Part shown: positions 14,596 through 31,237 of the stretch, piece by piece
Layout: each line of letters begins with the position of its first letter
How positions within the stretch are numbered: position 1 is the stretch's first letter
Assembly (NCBI GenBank): GCA_951406725.2
Contig: OX597838.1
Location: 2,294,001 to 2,358,000, forward strand
Source: Octopus vulgaris
Lineage: Eukaryota
Direction of reading: 5' to 3'
DNA length: 64,000 bases
Program-made: the position numbers and the translations under genes
The notes under the pieces: generated by a model
What the model was told of the DNA's origin: nothing
The model's database searches: none
Seen by the model: the letters and a program-made list of their open reading frames with translations, nothing else

Positions 14596-15025
14596 CCTTT
14601 CTGTACTAGTTCCAGCGAGTGTTGAAGGCATGCTGGGATACTGCCGTTAGCTCTGCTACTATTTGACTGCTTGAAGCCTCTTCTGATATGTGGCATTTGA
14701 TGAATGAGGGAGTTTGGCGTTGCTTTCTTCATCTACGTCTCTTGCTGCGATTCAGTTACATCTACCATTCTTGACAGAAGGAGATCCAGTTTTGTTTTGA
14801 AGATAACTACATCCACCCAATGTAGGCCTCTTAGGTTTTTCGGGTGAACATCGAAAAGCTTCTGACCACTGAAACCCAAGCTGTCGCAGTAACTGGTCGA
14901 GTATTCCGACGGCACCAACGGGATCTTTTGCTCTATGCAATAGATCCTCGTTCTGCACATTGTGTAAATTTCAATGCCAATGTTTGGTACAATATCTTTT
15001 AGGATTTTCCAAACCTATAGACTCA
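14596..15025 (-). mobile_element. CR1-like LINE, 5'-truncated 3' fragment (older copy)
   Basis: Translation VWKILKDIVPNIGIEIYT...SYCDSLGFSGQKLFDVHPKNLRGLH..D...FKTKLDLLLS is homologous to ORF 54072-54635; the 3' tail is also homologous. Confidence 0.88.
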
Positions 15026-15134
15026 TAGCTTGAGTTCTGTTTTACTGTTTCTCTCATCAAAGGTATACACACACTCCTACACATAGAAATACACGCGTGT
15101 GTGTGTTTATGTTTTCGTGAGTGAGTATGTGTGC

Positions 15135-15209
<75 letters not shown>

Positions 15210-15644
15210 TGTCTGCGAGCGTACATGTCCCCGCACACCCCCGTAAACCATAATTGAATACTGAAAAATAAATAACCCAAATTATAAAAAGTGTAGAAAC
15301 GTGTAAAAAACCAATCGCTATCTATTACCACCGGCCCAATCATATTATCGATCATTACATCACAATGAGTTTGGTTGCCCTGCTTTTTTCAAATTAATAA
15401 AATTCATGAAATGAGGTCACATGTTCGGTCATTCTTTGATAGAACGCCATGATTCCACCCTTTCCCGCGCCACGTAGCAGAAACCCCGCCACGCTTCTTT
15501 TAGCAGCGCACACAGTTATTTTAAGAACGTTATTAAGTGTAATTTGCCGCGACAGACCAGCACTAGTTGCCTTGGAACCCGGTCTGTTTTCTGAAAATCT
15601 CTTTGCAAATTAATATCGTTTATATTAAGTAAAATAGTGTCTAA

Positions 15645-15701
<57 letters not shown>

Positions 15702-15855
15702 TATATATATAAATATATATATAAACGTGTGTGCGTGTTTTTATGTATGTGTATGTATATATGTGTAAATGTATTTATGTATACACACACATAAATGTGT
15801 GTGTGTGTAGTTATTTGCATTAAAATATGTATCATATATATATATATAAAATGTG

Positions 15856-15964
<109 letters not shown>

Positions 15965-16406
15965 AACACACAAACGCTTGTATACATAAATGCTTATATA
16001 CGTATAAAAATATAGGTACATTATACAGAGAAATATAGACACAGGCACACAGATGTGTGTATATATATATATATATATCAGCAGATAGTACTGTCATATC
16101 GAAGTAGACATATAAAAACATACTTTCTCAGAATATGGCGTCTCTGTATTTCACCACAGAATTCAGATAATTAATTTTTTTCCCCTTTCTTCTAGTAGAA
16201 ATATCATCAACTTCAAATAATAGCAAATCACTTTACGACACCGAGCGGAAAATTGTTAGAGAAAATGGCTGCTACAGAGACCGAACCGAGAGTCATCCAT
16301 GTTTCAGTAGCTACTCGTCGTTGGACAGCCATGCTTGTTGACTCTTACCAGCTTCTCGATCTCCATCGTTTTCTTTACTGTGGTGTATATACATATATGT
16401 GTGCAT

Positions 16407-16523
16407 GTATGTATGTGTGTATGTATGTATGTATGTATGTATGTATGTATGTATGTATGTATGTATGCATGCATGCATGTATGTATGTATGTATGTATGT
16501 ATGTATGTATGTATGTATCTATG

Positions 16524-16555
<32 letters not shown>

Positions 16556-16735
16556 TGTATGTATGTATCTATGTATGCATGTATGTATGTATGTATGTAT
16601 GTATGTATGTATGTATGTATGCATGCATGTATGTATGTATGTATGTATGTATGTATGTATGTATGTATGTATGTATGTATCTATGTATGTATGTATGTAT
16701 GTATGTATGTATGTATACATGTATGTATGTATGTA
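16407..16735. repeat. (ATGT)n tetranucleotide microsatellite
   Basis: Directly visible. Confidence 0.97.
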
Positions 16736-17046
16736 TTAAATGACAGAGGTATGTCACGCTTACATTCTGAGCTTTGAGTTTCTGTGCAAACAACACAGCA
16801 AATGTTGTACTCAACAACTTAAATAAGTTTAATGCATACGGACAGAGTGATTAACACGGCCTGTGTCTTTCACAGACGATCTTTACTCTCTTAATAATGA
16901 CTCGGTAGGCATTCATTACGCTTGCAGGATCTGATGAAGGGCAATATTCATTAGATTGTTTGTACAGAAAGCCAGTCTGGAATATAAGTGTTACATAACT
17001 GTGTCATTCGCGTTTCTATTTCCAGCAACATTGAGGAATAACTTCT

Positions 17047-17360
17047 GCGCATGGCTCAGTGGTTAGAGCGTCGAGCTTACGATCGTGAGGTTGTGAGCTC
17101 GAATCCCGGACCGGGCTGCGTGTTGTGTTCTTGAGCAAAGCACTTTATTTCACGTTGCTCCAGTTCACGTTGCAACGTCACGAGTGCCAAGCTGTATCAG
17201 CCTTTGTCTTTCCCTTGGATAACACTGTTGGCGTGGAGAGGGAGGCCGGTATGCATGGGCGATTGCTGGGCTTCCATAAACAACCATGCCCAGACTTGTG
17301 ACTAGGAGGGTAACTTTCTAGGTGCAATTTCTAGGTCAGTGTCGTGACCGAAGGGGGTCC
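17047..17360 (+). mobile_element. tRNA-derived SINE family D
   Basis: Box A TGGCTCAGTGG, box B GAGCTCGAATCCC, CORE-like TGTGTTCTTGAGCAAAGCACTTTA...TTGCTCCAGT, unique tail ending at (TA)n. Confidence 0.85.
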
Positions 17361-17397
<37 letters not shown>

Positions 17398-17746
17398 GAG
17401 CAAAACGCCCCTCGTCCAATGGACGGTGCTGAGTTGTCAAACATGTAAACCAAATTTTCTCAAAACAACTTGTCCCACCGTCCCATAGGCCTCCCCCGTG
17501 AGAAACACTGCTCTAACTTAAATTTGAGACACCAGCGAAAGAACAAATAAAGATAGACTTTTTTCTATTCCAAGGAATGCTTTATCGATCGCATTCTTAC
17601 CTGGAAACGATTTTTGTAATTTTTGTTCAAGACTTATACACGCCATGATACCGTCGGTATCTACATATCAAATTTGAGCGCAATCAGATGGGGGATGTCT
17701 GAGATCTTAGAAGACACACACAGAGGCAGACAGAACGGATTTTATG

Positions 17747-17810
<64 letters not shown>

Positions 17811-18355
17811 TGTGTTTGTGCATACAATGTGCAAGCGCACAGCAATAGTTAAAATATCTCTGCAGTGAATTTTAGTAATAGTTCACTATATTATGGTTAA
17901 TGTCAGATATTTTTAAAACTGCTATTTCACATAAATTTATTAGAATATTTGAAGAAGTTATTAGGTTATTTAGCGTTTGCCTTTCTTGGCTTAACATTGC
18001 ATTCATATTTGCGAGTGAGTGTCTGTATATGTGTATTTTTGTATGTGGGTATAAGAGTGTATACAAATGTGTATGTATGGATAAAGGGACGGTGCTAACA
18101 CAAAGATGACCGAACGCATAGATAGATAAATAGAGAGATGGGCAAGATAGATAACGTATGTGCGTATGGTTGCGCATGTGTGAGAGATTCTGTGTGTTAG
18201 ACTATAAAATTGCATCTATTCATTACGATAGGTTCATGTTATTTAAAGACAAGCAGCGGTTGAATTCTTCGTTTTGAGTTCATTGACTGCGGTCGATATG
18301 AAAGCGCTTTAATGAACTGGCGAAATGTTAAATTCTAACATTAATAAATACACAA

Positions 18356-18393
<38 letters not shown>

Positions 18394-18680
18394 ACACACA
18401 CACAGCACGGTCCCCGTTCCCAAATATACTTATGTACACACAATTATGTCCCTCACTGAATTATATCTCGTAGTGTTTTTCCTTTCTCCCAATGACTTCC
18501 TCTAACCGTACATACATACATACCTATAAACACACACACATATATATATATACACGCACATATATGTGTATATATACATATATATATGTACACATATTCA
18601 CATATACACACACTGATACATTCACATACATTCGTATATGTTTCTGTATATATTTAGATTTATAAATACGTGTGTGCGTG

Positions 18681-18719
<39 letters not shown>

Positions 18720-18866
18720 ATAAATATACCTATATATATATAAGTATATATGTTTATATATGTATGTGTGAGTATATGTGTTTATATATATGTGCATATA
18801 AATATATGTATTATATATATATATATATATATATATGCACGCATATAAAAATACATGTATATATAG

Positions 18867-18969
<103 letters not shown>

Positions 18970-20220
18970 TGTATGTATGTATGTATGTATGTATGTATAT
19001 ACATACTATCATGTGTAAGTGCGTTTTGATTCACAAGACAAAAACGTGCGAGAAAACTGTGTACTGAAAGCAGAGTGTATGTATATAATTTACTAATATC
19101 TGGCAATATCTCCGACGCTACTCGAAGGTCTAGACTTTCGTGCCATGCCAACCCTTGTCATGCTCCTATAGCTTGGTAAGTACACTGACACCAAACTTTT
19201 CGCTTTTCAATAGCCACGTTCTCCAAGCTGCTCGTTCTTTATTCAGAGAAAGAGAAAGAGAGAGAGAATTTGTGACAATGAGACAGAGAAACAGTCCGAC
19301 ACAGAGAGATATATGCTCAATTCTACCTTCAATCATCTGCTCATTAACTCTATCACCTTGCTCAAATTTGTAACGGGTCGTTATTTTTATTCGACTTCAC
19401 TTCATTATCTGTGGTTTTGAGAGATTATAAAGACATCTAGAATGAGCTGTCGTTGACTAACTTCATGGCAAGCGAAGAGTTTCAACTCTTTCTATTACTC
19501 ACCTGATAAAATAGAGTTTTGGTTTATTTTTCCCTCCACCATATTTTAGGCTTACAATGTGTGTGGTGGGAAATATGTGTGTGCGCGTGTGTATGTATAT
19601 ATATGTGTGTGTGTGTATCTTTGTTTGTGTGTGTGTGTGTGTGTGTGTGTGCGTCTGTGTTTGTGTGTGTTAGTGTGTGTGTGTGTGAGGTAACTATTTT
19701 AAAGGAATTCCAATGGTACATTTAGAACACCTACAAATAGGGTGAATTAATCCTGAAAGTACAGTCAAATTGAATGTAAAGTTTTGTGTTGACTGGGCTT
19801 TATAAGCATATATTTATGTATATACATATATGCATGTGTGTGTGTATGTGTGCCTGCGTGTTGGTGTGTGTGAGTATGTATTTTTATACATATACATATA
19901 TACGAAGAGTTTTATGAGTGAGGGGTTGTTAATCCAAGGAAAATACTTCATAAGATTCCTGTTAGTACACCAGGCTGACAACACTGTTTGCATTATTAAA
20001 GAGCTCCACGTCTTCTTGTGGCAGAGTCCAAGGTTAGAGGCCATTATCAGTGTGTTCATGGTTGTGATCCAGTTGCACTGGTTTTTGCACAGAATTATAT
20101 ACAAGACAAGCCATAAATATTGGCCAAAGCACATTTCTGTATTGTAGGGAATTCGACTTACAACTGCAAGTCAAATTCACTACAATGGAGAAATAAGCAA
20201 TGACCAGTGTTTATGCCTTG

Positions 20221-20515
<295 letters not shown>

Positions 20516-21934
20516 ATACATATACATATGTATCATATATGCATTTATATATATGATATATATGTATATATTATATATCGCATATATATATAATATATAT
20601 ACACACTCACACACATATTTAAACATATATATATATATATATATAGATAGATAGATAGATAGATAGTTACATACATATATGCATACATACATAAATGTAT
20701 GTAGGTATCTATATATACACCCTGTGTGTATACAGCTGTGTGTGTCTGTTCAGTTCTGTTGCTGTTGTATCAGTTGCGTCTTATTTAGTTGTATTATTTT
20801 TGTGTTATTTACTTTGGTATAAATTATTGATATTGTTGTAAATCCATGACATTCTGCAATCTCCACGATTTGACCTTATCAAGACAATACTGAACTATAA
20901 ACGGCAATCTGGCAATGTGTAATCCATATTCTATATTTATAGAGACTTTTGCTTTTGGCCAAATATTTGGAAGAACGTGAGGAAATTGTAGTATTGCAAC
21001 ATCGCTAGCCATGTAGTGCTTCCTTCACGTGTTTCGGTCATGTTCCGAATAATTATTGTATATTTAGATATTTCTCCTGATTTTATGGTTTGGAAGATTT
21101 TCTTTTAAATTGTCCTTCTTTATTATGAGTATTAGTGTAAGCCTTAGCTTCTATTTTTTGCAATCTTAAGGTATAATCAATAATTTCTTCTGGTAGATGC
21201 ATAGTTAGTCTACATATACATTTAGTTTCAGTATGACATAGAGAACTTTTTTTATTACAGTAATTGTTCTTTTTTTCTTTCTTTCTTTCAAGGATGGTGT
21301 AGTATCCATGAGACGCATGATCTTCACCTACGACCAGAGATTGCTGATATCGATCAAGTGAAGCAGTGATCGATTCGGTTTTCCTTTCAGGCTCAAAATT
21401 TACGATGAATTGCCTGTGGCATCCGCAAGAAAAATATGGTCGGGATGAATTTCCAAAAGATGAACACTTAGGGGAAGAAAACTGAGAGAAGTGATCAGTG
21501 TGAGGTCTTAAGATAGGACAGAGTAGGGGTAACAAAAGGATGAGATATGGGTGCATCTAATGGACAGTTTCGCATGAAAAATCACCAGTGAATTGGTTGC
21601 GTAATATCTTAGTTGGATTAAACTCGTTATAAATGTTGCCGCCTGCCGTAAATTCTGTGGTGAAATTAAGAGAGAGGTAGGAAAGTGAAAGAGGAGAAGG
21701 AGAGAGAAAATTCCCCAAGTTTTATTGTATCAACACCGTCTCATAGACTTTCTACTGCTTTATTTAGATGAGATGGTTGCAGTGGAGATGGTTATATACA
21801 ACTGCAATGAGTTAATAAGCTTAAAGCTATAAAGATCGAGGAATGTCTTAAATAATGAGAGAAATAAATGAGTTCAGCTATGCAGACATATCCTTCATAT
21901 ATTGAGATCAATATAAGTACATAAATTTATATGT

Positions 21935-22610
<676 letters not shown>

Positions 22611-23097
22611 ACATGCGTATGGCCCCCAACGATGCGATAGCTTTTACTGTCCTCGATGTTTGTTTATTAATACATTAAGTAGTACTAGTAATGGTTTTAT
22701 ATTTGCTGATTAAACAAGATTTATCGATTGGCTATCTCACTGTATCAGAATAATGATAATTCACCATGCCAGTGATATTATCCAGTAATATCATGTAATA
22801 TCATGTAATATCATGTAATAGATGTCCATTAGATACGTGCTTCAGGCTAACTACAAACGCCGTTGAGACATGTTCCGACGTGGAGAGCGAAATGAATTCA
22901 AGGTCACTCAATGCGGTTTCGTTCAACATTTTTCTTCTTCTCTCTTTACCCTCCCCTCAGTCTATGCCCCCCACCTTCTCACTATTCTCACGGCTATCCC
23001 CTAGCTCTCCCTCCCACTTCATCTATCTGACTCTATAAGCTCTTCTTTGCTCCTCATATATGTATACTTTTTATTTGTAGACAAGTTTCTACTCTTG

Positions 23098-23140
<43 letters not shown>

Positions 23141-23257
23141 ATATATTTACTCATAATATATTAGTTACAAACTCTGCCAAATGATAAATGTACTTATTCA
23201 TACGATTATATTTATGCAAACACACAGACATACATTCACATACATCTGTACACATGT

Positions 23258-23311
<54 letters not shown>

Positions 23312-23546
23312 GTATATACATTTTCCAGTAATATGTACCTATGTAGTTATAAATACAACCAGATGCATATTCATATATGTTCTTGTATGTATGTGTGTTT
23401 GTGCAGATTTAGAGTTATTCATACTTGTTAATACATATTTATATATACGTATATGTATACATGTAGGTATGTATGTATGTATGTGGGTATGCATATGTAT
23501 ATATATATATATATATGTATACACACACACACATACACACACACAC

Positions 23547-23608
<62 letters not shown>

Positions 23609-23633
23609 ATATGTTACAATTACTCAATAGTCA

Positions 23634-23696
23634 AGATAAAACTCTGAGTTTCAGATGCCGAAGTGGAAATCCACAACACCATCTCTTCGGTTATCT
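23634..23696 (-). ncRNA. Type I hammerhead ribozyme motif (core variant CCGAAGA)
   Basis: Minus strand agataa-CCGAAGA-GATG..GTGGAttTCCAC..CATC-T-GAAA-CTCaGAG-TT-ttatct; perfect 6-bp stem I, long stem II, palindromic stem III; partial second copy at 53890-53930 has CTGA. Confidence 0.7.
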
Positions 23697-23935
23697 GGCC
23701 ATCTGAAAAAACGCTATGAAAAAATACCGTTATATAAAGGGAAATTACTGTGTTATAATTCTACTACTTATATAAAATAAGATTAAAATTTCATAGTCTA
23801 GTCATACGCTCACATGTGCGCTCGCGGACCCACGTGCGTAATTATACGTCACTATAAAAACGTACACATCTTCACTCGCATAAATAGTTTTATAAATAAA
23901 CCCGAAAGGCTTTGCAGGTTAAACTCACACACACA

Positions 23936-23971
<36 letters not shown>

Positions 23972-24086
23972 TATATATGTGTATATATACTCATACATGC
24001 ATATATATATATATAAATATATATATATATATGTGTGTGTGTGCCTGTATGTACATATATATATATACTAATAGATAGATAGATAG

Positions 24087-24210
<124 letters not shown>

Positions 24211-24869
24211 TTTATTCAGAAATTCACCTACGATGTATCTTTCAGGGTTCGATTCGTTGTTTTTCAGTAAATGGCATTGACACTGAGACATCGCACGTCA
24301 AATACTTTATTGTTTGTCTCCTAAACACATTCCTATGAAGACTTAAATCTGGGAGTCTTCTACATCTGTATATTTTCATCGCTGTCTCCCCTACATGTAC
24401 ACACACGCACCCACGCATGCACACGAACACACAGACGCATACACATACACACACAAACACAGATACCTAAATGTTGGGTAACCTTCGCCCACCCCACCCC
24501 TGTGCACTTTGGTGACTCATGTGACCGATCCAAGATTGGCAGATCCGCACACAGCGGCCACAAGAAAGTCTTTGTGCTGTGCTTGGCTCCGCCAGGTTGT
24601 GCCATTCCATCATCCTACCATCTTTTCCAGGTTGACACGCCGGTTTGCCTCAAGTGCGTCAGTAGCCTGCCAAGTGATAAATTCATACGGTTATGTTTAC
24701 ACACTCACACACGCACATACATACATATGTAGCCACCAGTAGCCTTAGAGTCCGAAGTCTGGGTGATCCATTTATGGGGCGGTCAAAGTTACAAATTTCC
24801 CATGCCATTTTTATACTGCTTATTGGACGAATCGCTCTTTCGACAGCCACTAGACAATTCCCCGTAAAG

Positions 24870-25245
24870 TACGATCTCTAGCAAGCGATGGGGACATTCT
24901 GGAGATATGCTTCACCCTGTGTCCTAATAAGAATGGTCTTGAGACTGGTTGTGTTGGCTCCTCGAAGAGTCCTGTGTTGGTGACGTAATTAGTCCAGTGA
25001 ATATTTAATATGGCATGCAGACAGAGTTGGTTGAACGTCTCCAGGAGACGGGCGTGACAGCGATACAAAATCCATGACTCAAAGACTTATACGTGTCTAG
25101 TAAGACCTGCGGCCCTGTGAATGCTGAGATTTGCCTGGTTTTGAAGTTATTTCTCTACACCTTCTTGCTATGTCCTGGCTTTGGTTAGTCTGTTGCACAA
25201 TTCCTTATCGATTCTTGTATCAGTGAACACTCCCTAGATAGCAAC
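24870..25245 (-). mobile_element. RTE-clade LINE fragment (post-RT region, decayed)
   Basis: Translation SWILYRCHARLLETFNQLCLHAILNIHWTNYVTN...HISRM matches the RTE motif W..YRRH...LE.FHQRCLR.IL.I.W...VTN; upstream IDKELCNRL.KA. Confidence 0.85.
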
Positions 25246-25329
25246 ACCAGATATCGTCACTGTCACCCAATTCATCGCCATGTATTGTATTCTTGGAGCA
25301 CATTGATGAGACTACAACAAATGTTTTTT

Positions 25330-25680
25330 CCAATTAAGCCCTTGTATTCCAGCTGCCTTGCCAACCAGCTCCCCATATTCTCCATCCATTCTGTTCTTTG
25401 CCTGCCTCTTCATCTACTGCCCTTTAGTCCTCCTTCCATGTTATTGTTTTCCGAACCTCTGATTCTTCGAATGCTGCTTGGGGCTGTTGTTTCGTTTTTC
25501 TCTTCACAATATTCACGCCATGTTGTCTTTCACTTATTGTGTCACCCGTTCATCTGTTCAATGATCCTTGTAAGAGACTCGTAACATTTTCTTATTCACC
25601 CATATTTCAAACTCATTGAGAAAGTCAGAACTAAGTACTCCGCGGCTGCCATATCTTCTCCACTGTACACTCCGTATCTC
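25330..25680 (-). mobile_element. Second RTE-like LINE C-terminal remnant
   Basis: Minus-strand MEGGLKGSR*RGRQRTEWMENM resembles the RTE C-terminal EG...G.R.RGR.R..W.D motif. Confidence 0.6.
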
Positions 25681-26074
25681 CACCCACTCATCTTCTGCTG
25701 CACATTTTCCCTTCTTCTTCTTTTTCTTTCATTCCTTGCTCACGTTTTTTTCTCTCGATAATTTCATCTTTTAAACTTTTAATGATTTTTATTGCTTTTC
25801 TTCTTCTGTAAATTAAACGTGATGTTGTGTGGAAATGTGTTTTAATTAAAATTAAAAATAAAACAACGTCCCTCATTATCTTTGCTACATCTTCCTTTTC
25901 CCGCTCTGCCTCTGCTAATAAGCACCAATGTTACGCTCTTCATCCTCCAAACCATTACATCTGATAAACCTTGTTGTTCAGCAAAGCTTTCGCTGCGGTC
26001 AGCAATTAAAGTCAAAATGGGTGGAACATTCCCTCTCTCTTTTTTTCTCTTCTTTTACCTTTTAATCGTGTTAT

Positions 26075-26457
26075 TTGTTTCATTCTTCGGCCATACTGGA
26101 GCACCACCTCAGAGAATATTTTAGTGGAATATTTTAGTGCTTATTTCTTCATGTATTTCTTTATTTCTTTATTTACTTTTGTAAAACCTGACACTTATTC
26201 GAGGGGATCTCTTTTGCCGAAAGATGCAACAGTCAGCATCGGTTCTCAAGTGATGGTGGGGGGGGACACAAAGACAGACACAGAGTCACACACGCATACA
26301 TATATGCATGTGTAATGTGTGTGTGTGTGCGTGTGTGCGTGTGTGTGTGTGTGTACATGCAATAGACATGACTCAAGGTACTATGCAGGGGTATTGAACC
26401 CGGAACGATGTGGTTTGCGAAGCAAACTTCTGACAATACAGCCACACTTCTGCCTAT
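26075..26457 (-). mobile_element. SINE family A copy (diverged, internal deletion)
   Basis: CGGCCATACTGGAGCACC tail, CTTTTGCCGAA, head ATTGAACCCGGAACGATGTGGTT...ACAGCCAC. Confidence 0.75.
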
Positions 26458-26602
26458 GCTTATAAATCACTTCCTTGCACTTGTGTTCACGCCATGACAT
26501 GTCCTAAATCCATGAGAGGGATTTGCAAGTCCCCTTGGCTTGATTCCTTTAGACCCTGTGCAGAGAGCATTCCTTGGTATGGCACTTGGCACCAGGAATA
26601 CG

Positions 26603-26636
<34 letters not shown>

Positions 26637-27284
26637 TTGGAGTTGGCATTGATGACACAATTCCAGTGACTAACAAATCTGATAAGCAACATTGGTGAAG
26701 ATGCAATATGTAAACATCTTGATTAATTGCACATTTAATATTTTGCGATAAAAAATTTCAATTGAAGAAAGAAAGGAAAAGGGGAAAGAAAGAATAAATA
26801 GCGGAGAGTAGAAGAAAGAAAAGAAGGAATGAAAGGGCGAAGAGATGGAGAGACGGAGGGAGAAAGAGAGAGAAAGAGACAGTGAGAGACAGGTAGAAAG
26901 GACTGATAAGGAAAGCAAGAATCGTCTTGGAATAATTCCCAATCAAAATGCAAGTACATATGATATGAGAGACATCCATTTGTTAGAATTCAATGCCTGC
27001 AACTCCATAGCAATCCTAAACGAAATTATGGGAAAGGTTATTTCCCGCTGCTTACAACACAACCAGAGAAATAAAGATCTATGGCAAAATACAATGTCAT
27101 TAACCCTTTCATCTCTGTCTGTGTGTCTCTCTCTCACTCTCCTTCTCTCTCTCTCTCTCATTCACAATCGCTTTGTCTATCTAAATCTGTCTTGCTATCT
27201 AAGTGTGTGTGTGCGTGTGTGTGTGTGTCAGAGAGTTTTCGGATTGAGCTCTCTACGTGTAGGTGTTAAGGTTTCCATTTTGAA

Positions 27285-27365
<81 letters not shown>

Positions 27366-27468
27366 ATTACTGCTGTGCTTGTTACTATTATCATTATTAT
27401 TATCATCATCAACATCATCATCATCACTATTATCATCCTAGTTGTTGATACCGTCGTTGTCGTCGTCG

Positions 27469-27502
<34 letters not shown>

Positions 27503-27710
27503 GCATCGCGGTAAAGATAGAAGCGTAATTAAATTTTTGCTTTCATAAAATTTGTGTGAAGCATTGTGGAGTTTGATTTGAATAATGCTGTTACAAAACG
27601 AACTTGTATTTTGAAAAAGAAAAATGTTTTAATTTATCTTACATTTAATATTAAATATTTCCACCATGGAAATTTATTTTCATATTGGAATACACATATA
27701 TTATTTATAT

Positions 27711-27831
<121 letters not shown>

Positions 27832-28140
27832 TATAAATATATATATATATGTATATATACACATATCAAGCAAGAGAACGAGAGATGTATGTAAATAAAG
27901 TGCATGTATGTGCATGTATGTGTGAGTATTTAAGTGTGAATATACATACACAAATGTAGGTATATATTTATGGGTGTGAGTATGTGCGTAATAAGTAGAG
28001 AAATATTTTATCGAGTTGGTTGAGAGTACACACACACAGGGTTAGGCTTAGAGATAGAATAGCTGAAATATTTCTATTTTTGAATGTCAGCAAGTCTCTC
28101 ACACACACGCATATATATGTATCTATTCACATATATATAC

Positions 28141-28207
<67 letters not shown>

Positions 28208-28521
28208 CCTGTAGACATTAATACATAAGTCCATAGAGATATATGTACAGACCTGTATAAGTATGTATGCTTATGCTAGTACACATGCCTAAGCATATGC
28301 GTTGAACTAATACATACACATGCGTAGATACTGTCGAAATGTACCGAAATCGCTTAATACCTCCCACCGACAGCTGATGAAGGGAATGTCCTGCTGTGCA
28401 AGTTTAGATAATGCATAGATACATACACAAATACATACATAAATACATACATAAATACATACATAAATACATAGAAGCAGAAATAGATACATACACGCAT
28501 GCAAACATGCATACATACTTC

Positions 28522-28577
<56 letters not shown>

Positions 28578-28854
28578 TGCATGAGTGCGTATACACATGT
28601 GTGCAATTTTGTGCTTGCATCTGTATAAACTTCCATGCAATAATAACTTACTGACATGAGTAAATTAAAATATGCAGAAAAACTGACATGTGCAATAATT
28701 GATGTAAACCTTCACACACACGCGCGCGCGACCCCCACACAAACACCTATATGTATATACAAGTATGTATATGTGTATAAATATATGTGACATATATATA
28801 ACATATATACATATACAGGAGATTTATAAGTTATATATATACACACATATATAT

Positions 28855-28907
<53 letters not shown>

Positions 28908-29157
28908 TATGTAGAGAACACGTGTACGTATATGATGCACATACATATCAACGTATTTAAAGGCATAGATATATTTATTAATATATGTATACATGTATAT
29001 GTATATATATATGTGTGCGTATGTATATATATATATACATATATACATACATATATATATATATAGCATGTATGTTTGTTTACACATATACAAATGATCA
29101 TGTATATACATATGTGTGTGTATATATTTATGCCTTTATACATATGTATATATGTGT

Positions 29158-29204
<47 letters not shown>

Positions 29205-29244
29205 TGCATACAATACACACATATACATATATATATACATACAA

Positions 29245-29296
<52 letters not shown>

Positions 29297-29712
29297 GTAC
29301 ATATATTCAGAAATGCAAAGACAACCACGATAAGTACTCCACAGCCGCCCTACAGAAAAATAAATATGATAAATATGTATGAAAACAAAATAAAAAAACA
29401 AATAACAACAGCCAAAACAACAATTGCAACAGCACGAACAGCAACAACAACAACAACAACTACATCTGTAGCGGAATAAAAAAAAAAACGAAGGTAAGAT
29501 CTTGGAAAATATTCCGTTTTCTGGTGAAATGTCTTTGAAAGATCATCAAATAAATTTGTTTCTGTTTTTTCTCCGTTTCTGAATATTTATTAATCTTATC
29601 TTTCTTGCAGGCAAACATAATTGATAACACAGATTTGAACACCGACACACGGGTTTGAACCCGAAAGCTTTGTTTTATGTTTGTTTCTCTGTGGCGTGTG
29701 GGTGCGTATATC

Positions 29713-29749
<37 letters not shown>

Positions 29750-30189
29750 ATGAGTTTGCATGTTTGCGCGTATGTGCATGGTGTTGGCGTTTGTGTTATT
29801 AGGGATGTATATGATAGTGACGATGATGGTGGTGTTGCCGATGCTGCTGACATCTGGTGGGAAGAGGTGCCTTTATTTTGCTTGTTGCCTTTCCCTTTAA
29901 TAAGGCGATTATCACCATCAACATCACCAGCATCACAACCGACATTATAACTGTGTGCTTCTACAAACACACACACTTGAACACATATACACATATACAA
30001 GTACATACACACATACACACACGTACATCAAAGAGGGAAAATATAATGTATGGAAGAAGCGAAACGTATTTATATAATGTTATTAAAACTCTACTACACG
30101 CATTGACATATACATATATATATACATACACATACGTATATATACAAACATATATACCTACACACATAAGATCTTTTGTTTCAAGCTCG

Positions 30190-30224
<35 letters not shown>

Positions 30225-31237
30225 CATACATACGTATGTATATGTTTTATATATATATGTGTGCGTGTTTATATGTATGTATATATATATATATATACAT
30301 GCACACGGTTTATATATATGTATATATACGGATGTATATACACACACATAGCATACACGCACATACACGCACACACACGCACACACACACACACACTCAC
30401 AAACATATACATAAATACACACGGTGTCGATTTCATTTCTATATTCCTATATATTTAAATATTCACTTGAAACTGTATATTTTCTTCCTGTCATATTTTT
30501 ATTGTTTTATATATTAAATACAATTATTTTCCTATTTTACTTTAGTGTTTTTATGTAATTATTTACCTATTTTTATTTTTTGGGTTTCTATTTTTTTTTT
30601 GTCCATTTCTTCTGTTTCTTCTGCTCTACATATCCATGGTTTCCGTCTGTTGATCTTCCGCCACTTATGCATTCACCACTCTTTCAAATCCTTCCCTCCA
30701 ACCACCTCTCTTCCATATTTGTTCCTCATCATTTGACCCTTATGCTTCCTCCCTTTCCTCTTACCTCACCCCGCTTCTTTTGTCTGATTCCTTCCTTTTA
30801 TGTAAGTTAAGATGATATTTTCTCGTTTTTGCTTTAAAGTTATTGTAAGGAATCGATTCATGTTGAAATCGATTGATAATGCTCCTTAAACAAGTTCAGA
30901 TGAAAAGAAAAACAATATCAGTGATCAATGGTTCGCGTTCACACATCGGCAGTGTTCTGTGTTGACTGCGTCTATCAGATGACCCCTAAAGTTTCCAATA
31001 TTCCAACAACATCAACCAAGGTAATATTGTATTGCATAAAACATGTAATTAGTGGGAGCATTATGATTTTGACGAATGTTTATTACTAACGTTGCTCTGT
31101 TGTGTCTATATTTCCAAGATAGCCTTCGATATTTTGAAATATTAGAAAGATATGAACTAAAAAAACATTATGTAGCAAATAATAAATTATAAACGGTGGT
31201 AGCATTATGTTTTGACGAAGGTTTATTATTAACGTGT

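Noticed and set aside
17047-17125. tRNA-like sequences (also at 32686, 41690 and 49431)
   Set aside because: Box A and B are present but there is no acceptor stem, and they continue into repeat bodies; these are SINE heads, not tRNA genes
21083-21660. 157-aa minus-strand ORF and a polypyrimidine-AG acceptor at about 21290
   Set aside because: No recognisable protein motif and early stops after the acceptor; more likely decayed transposon sequence
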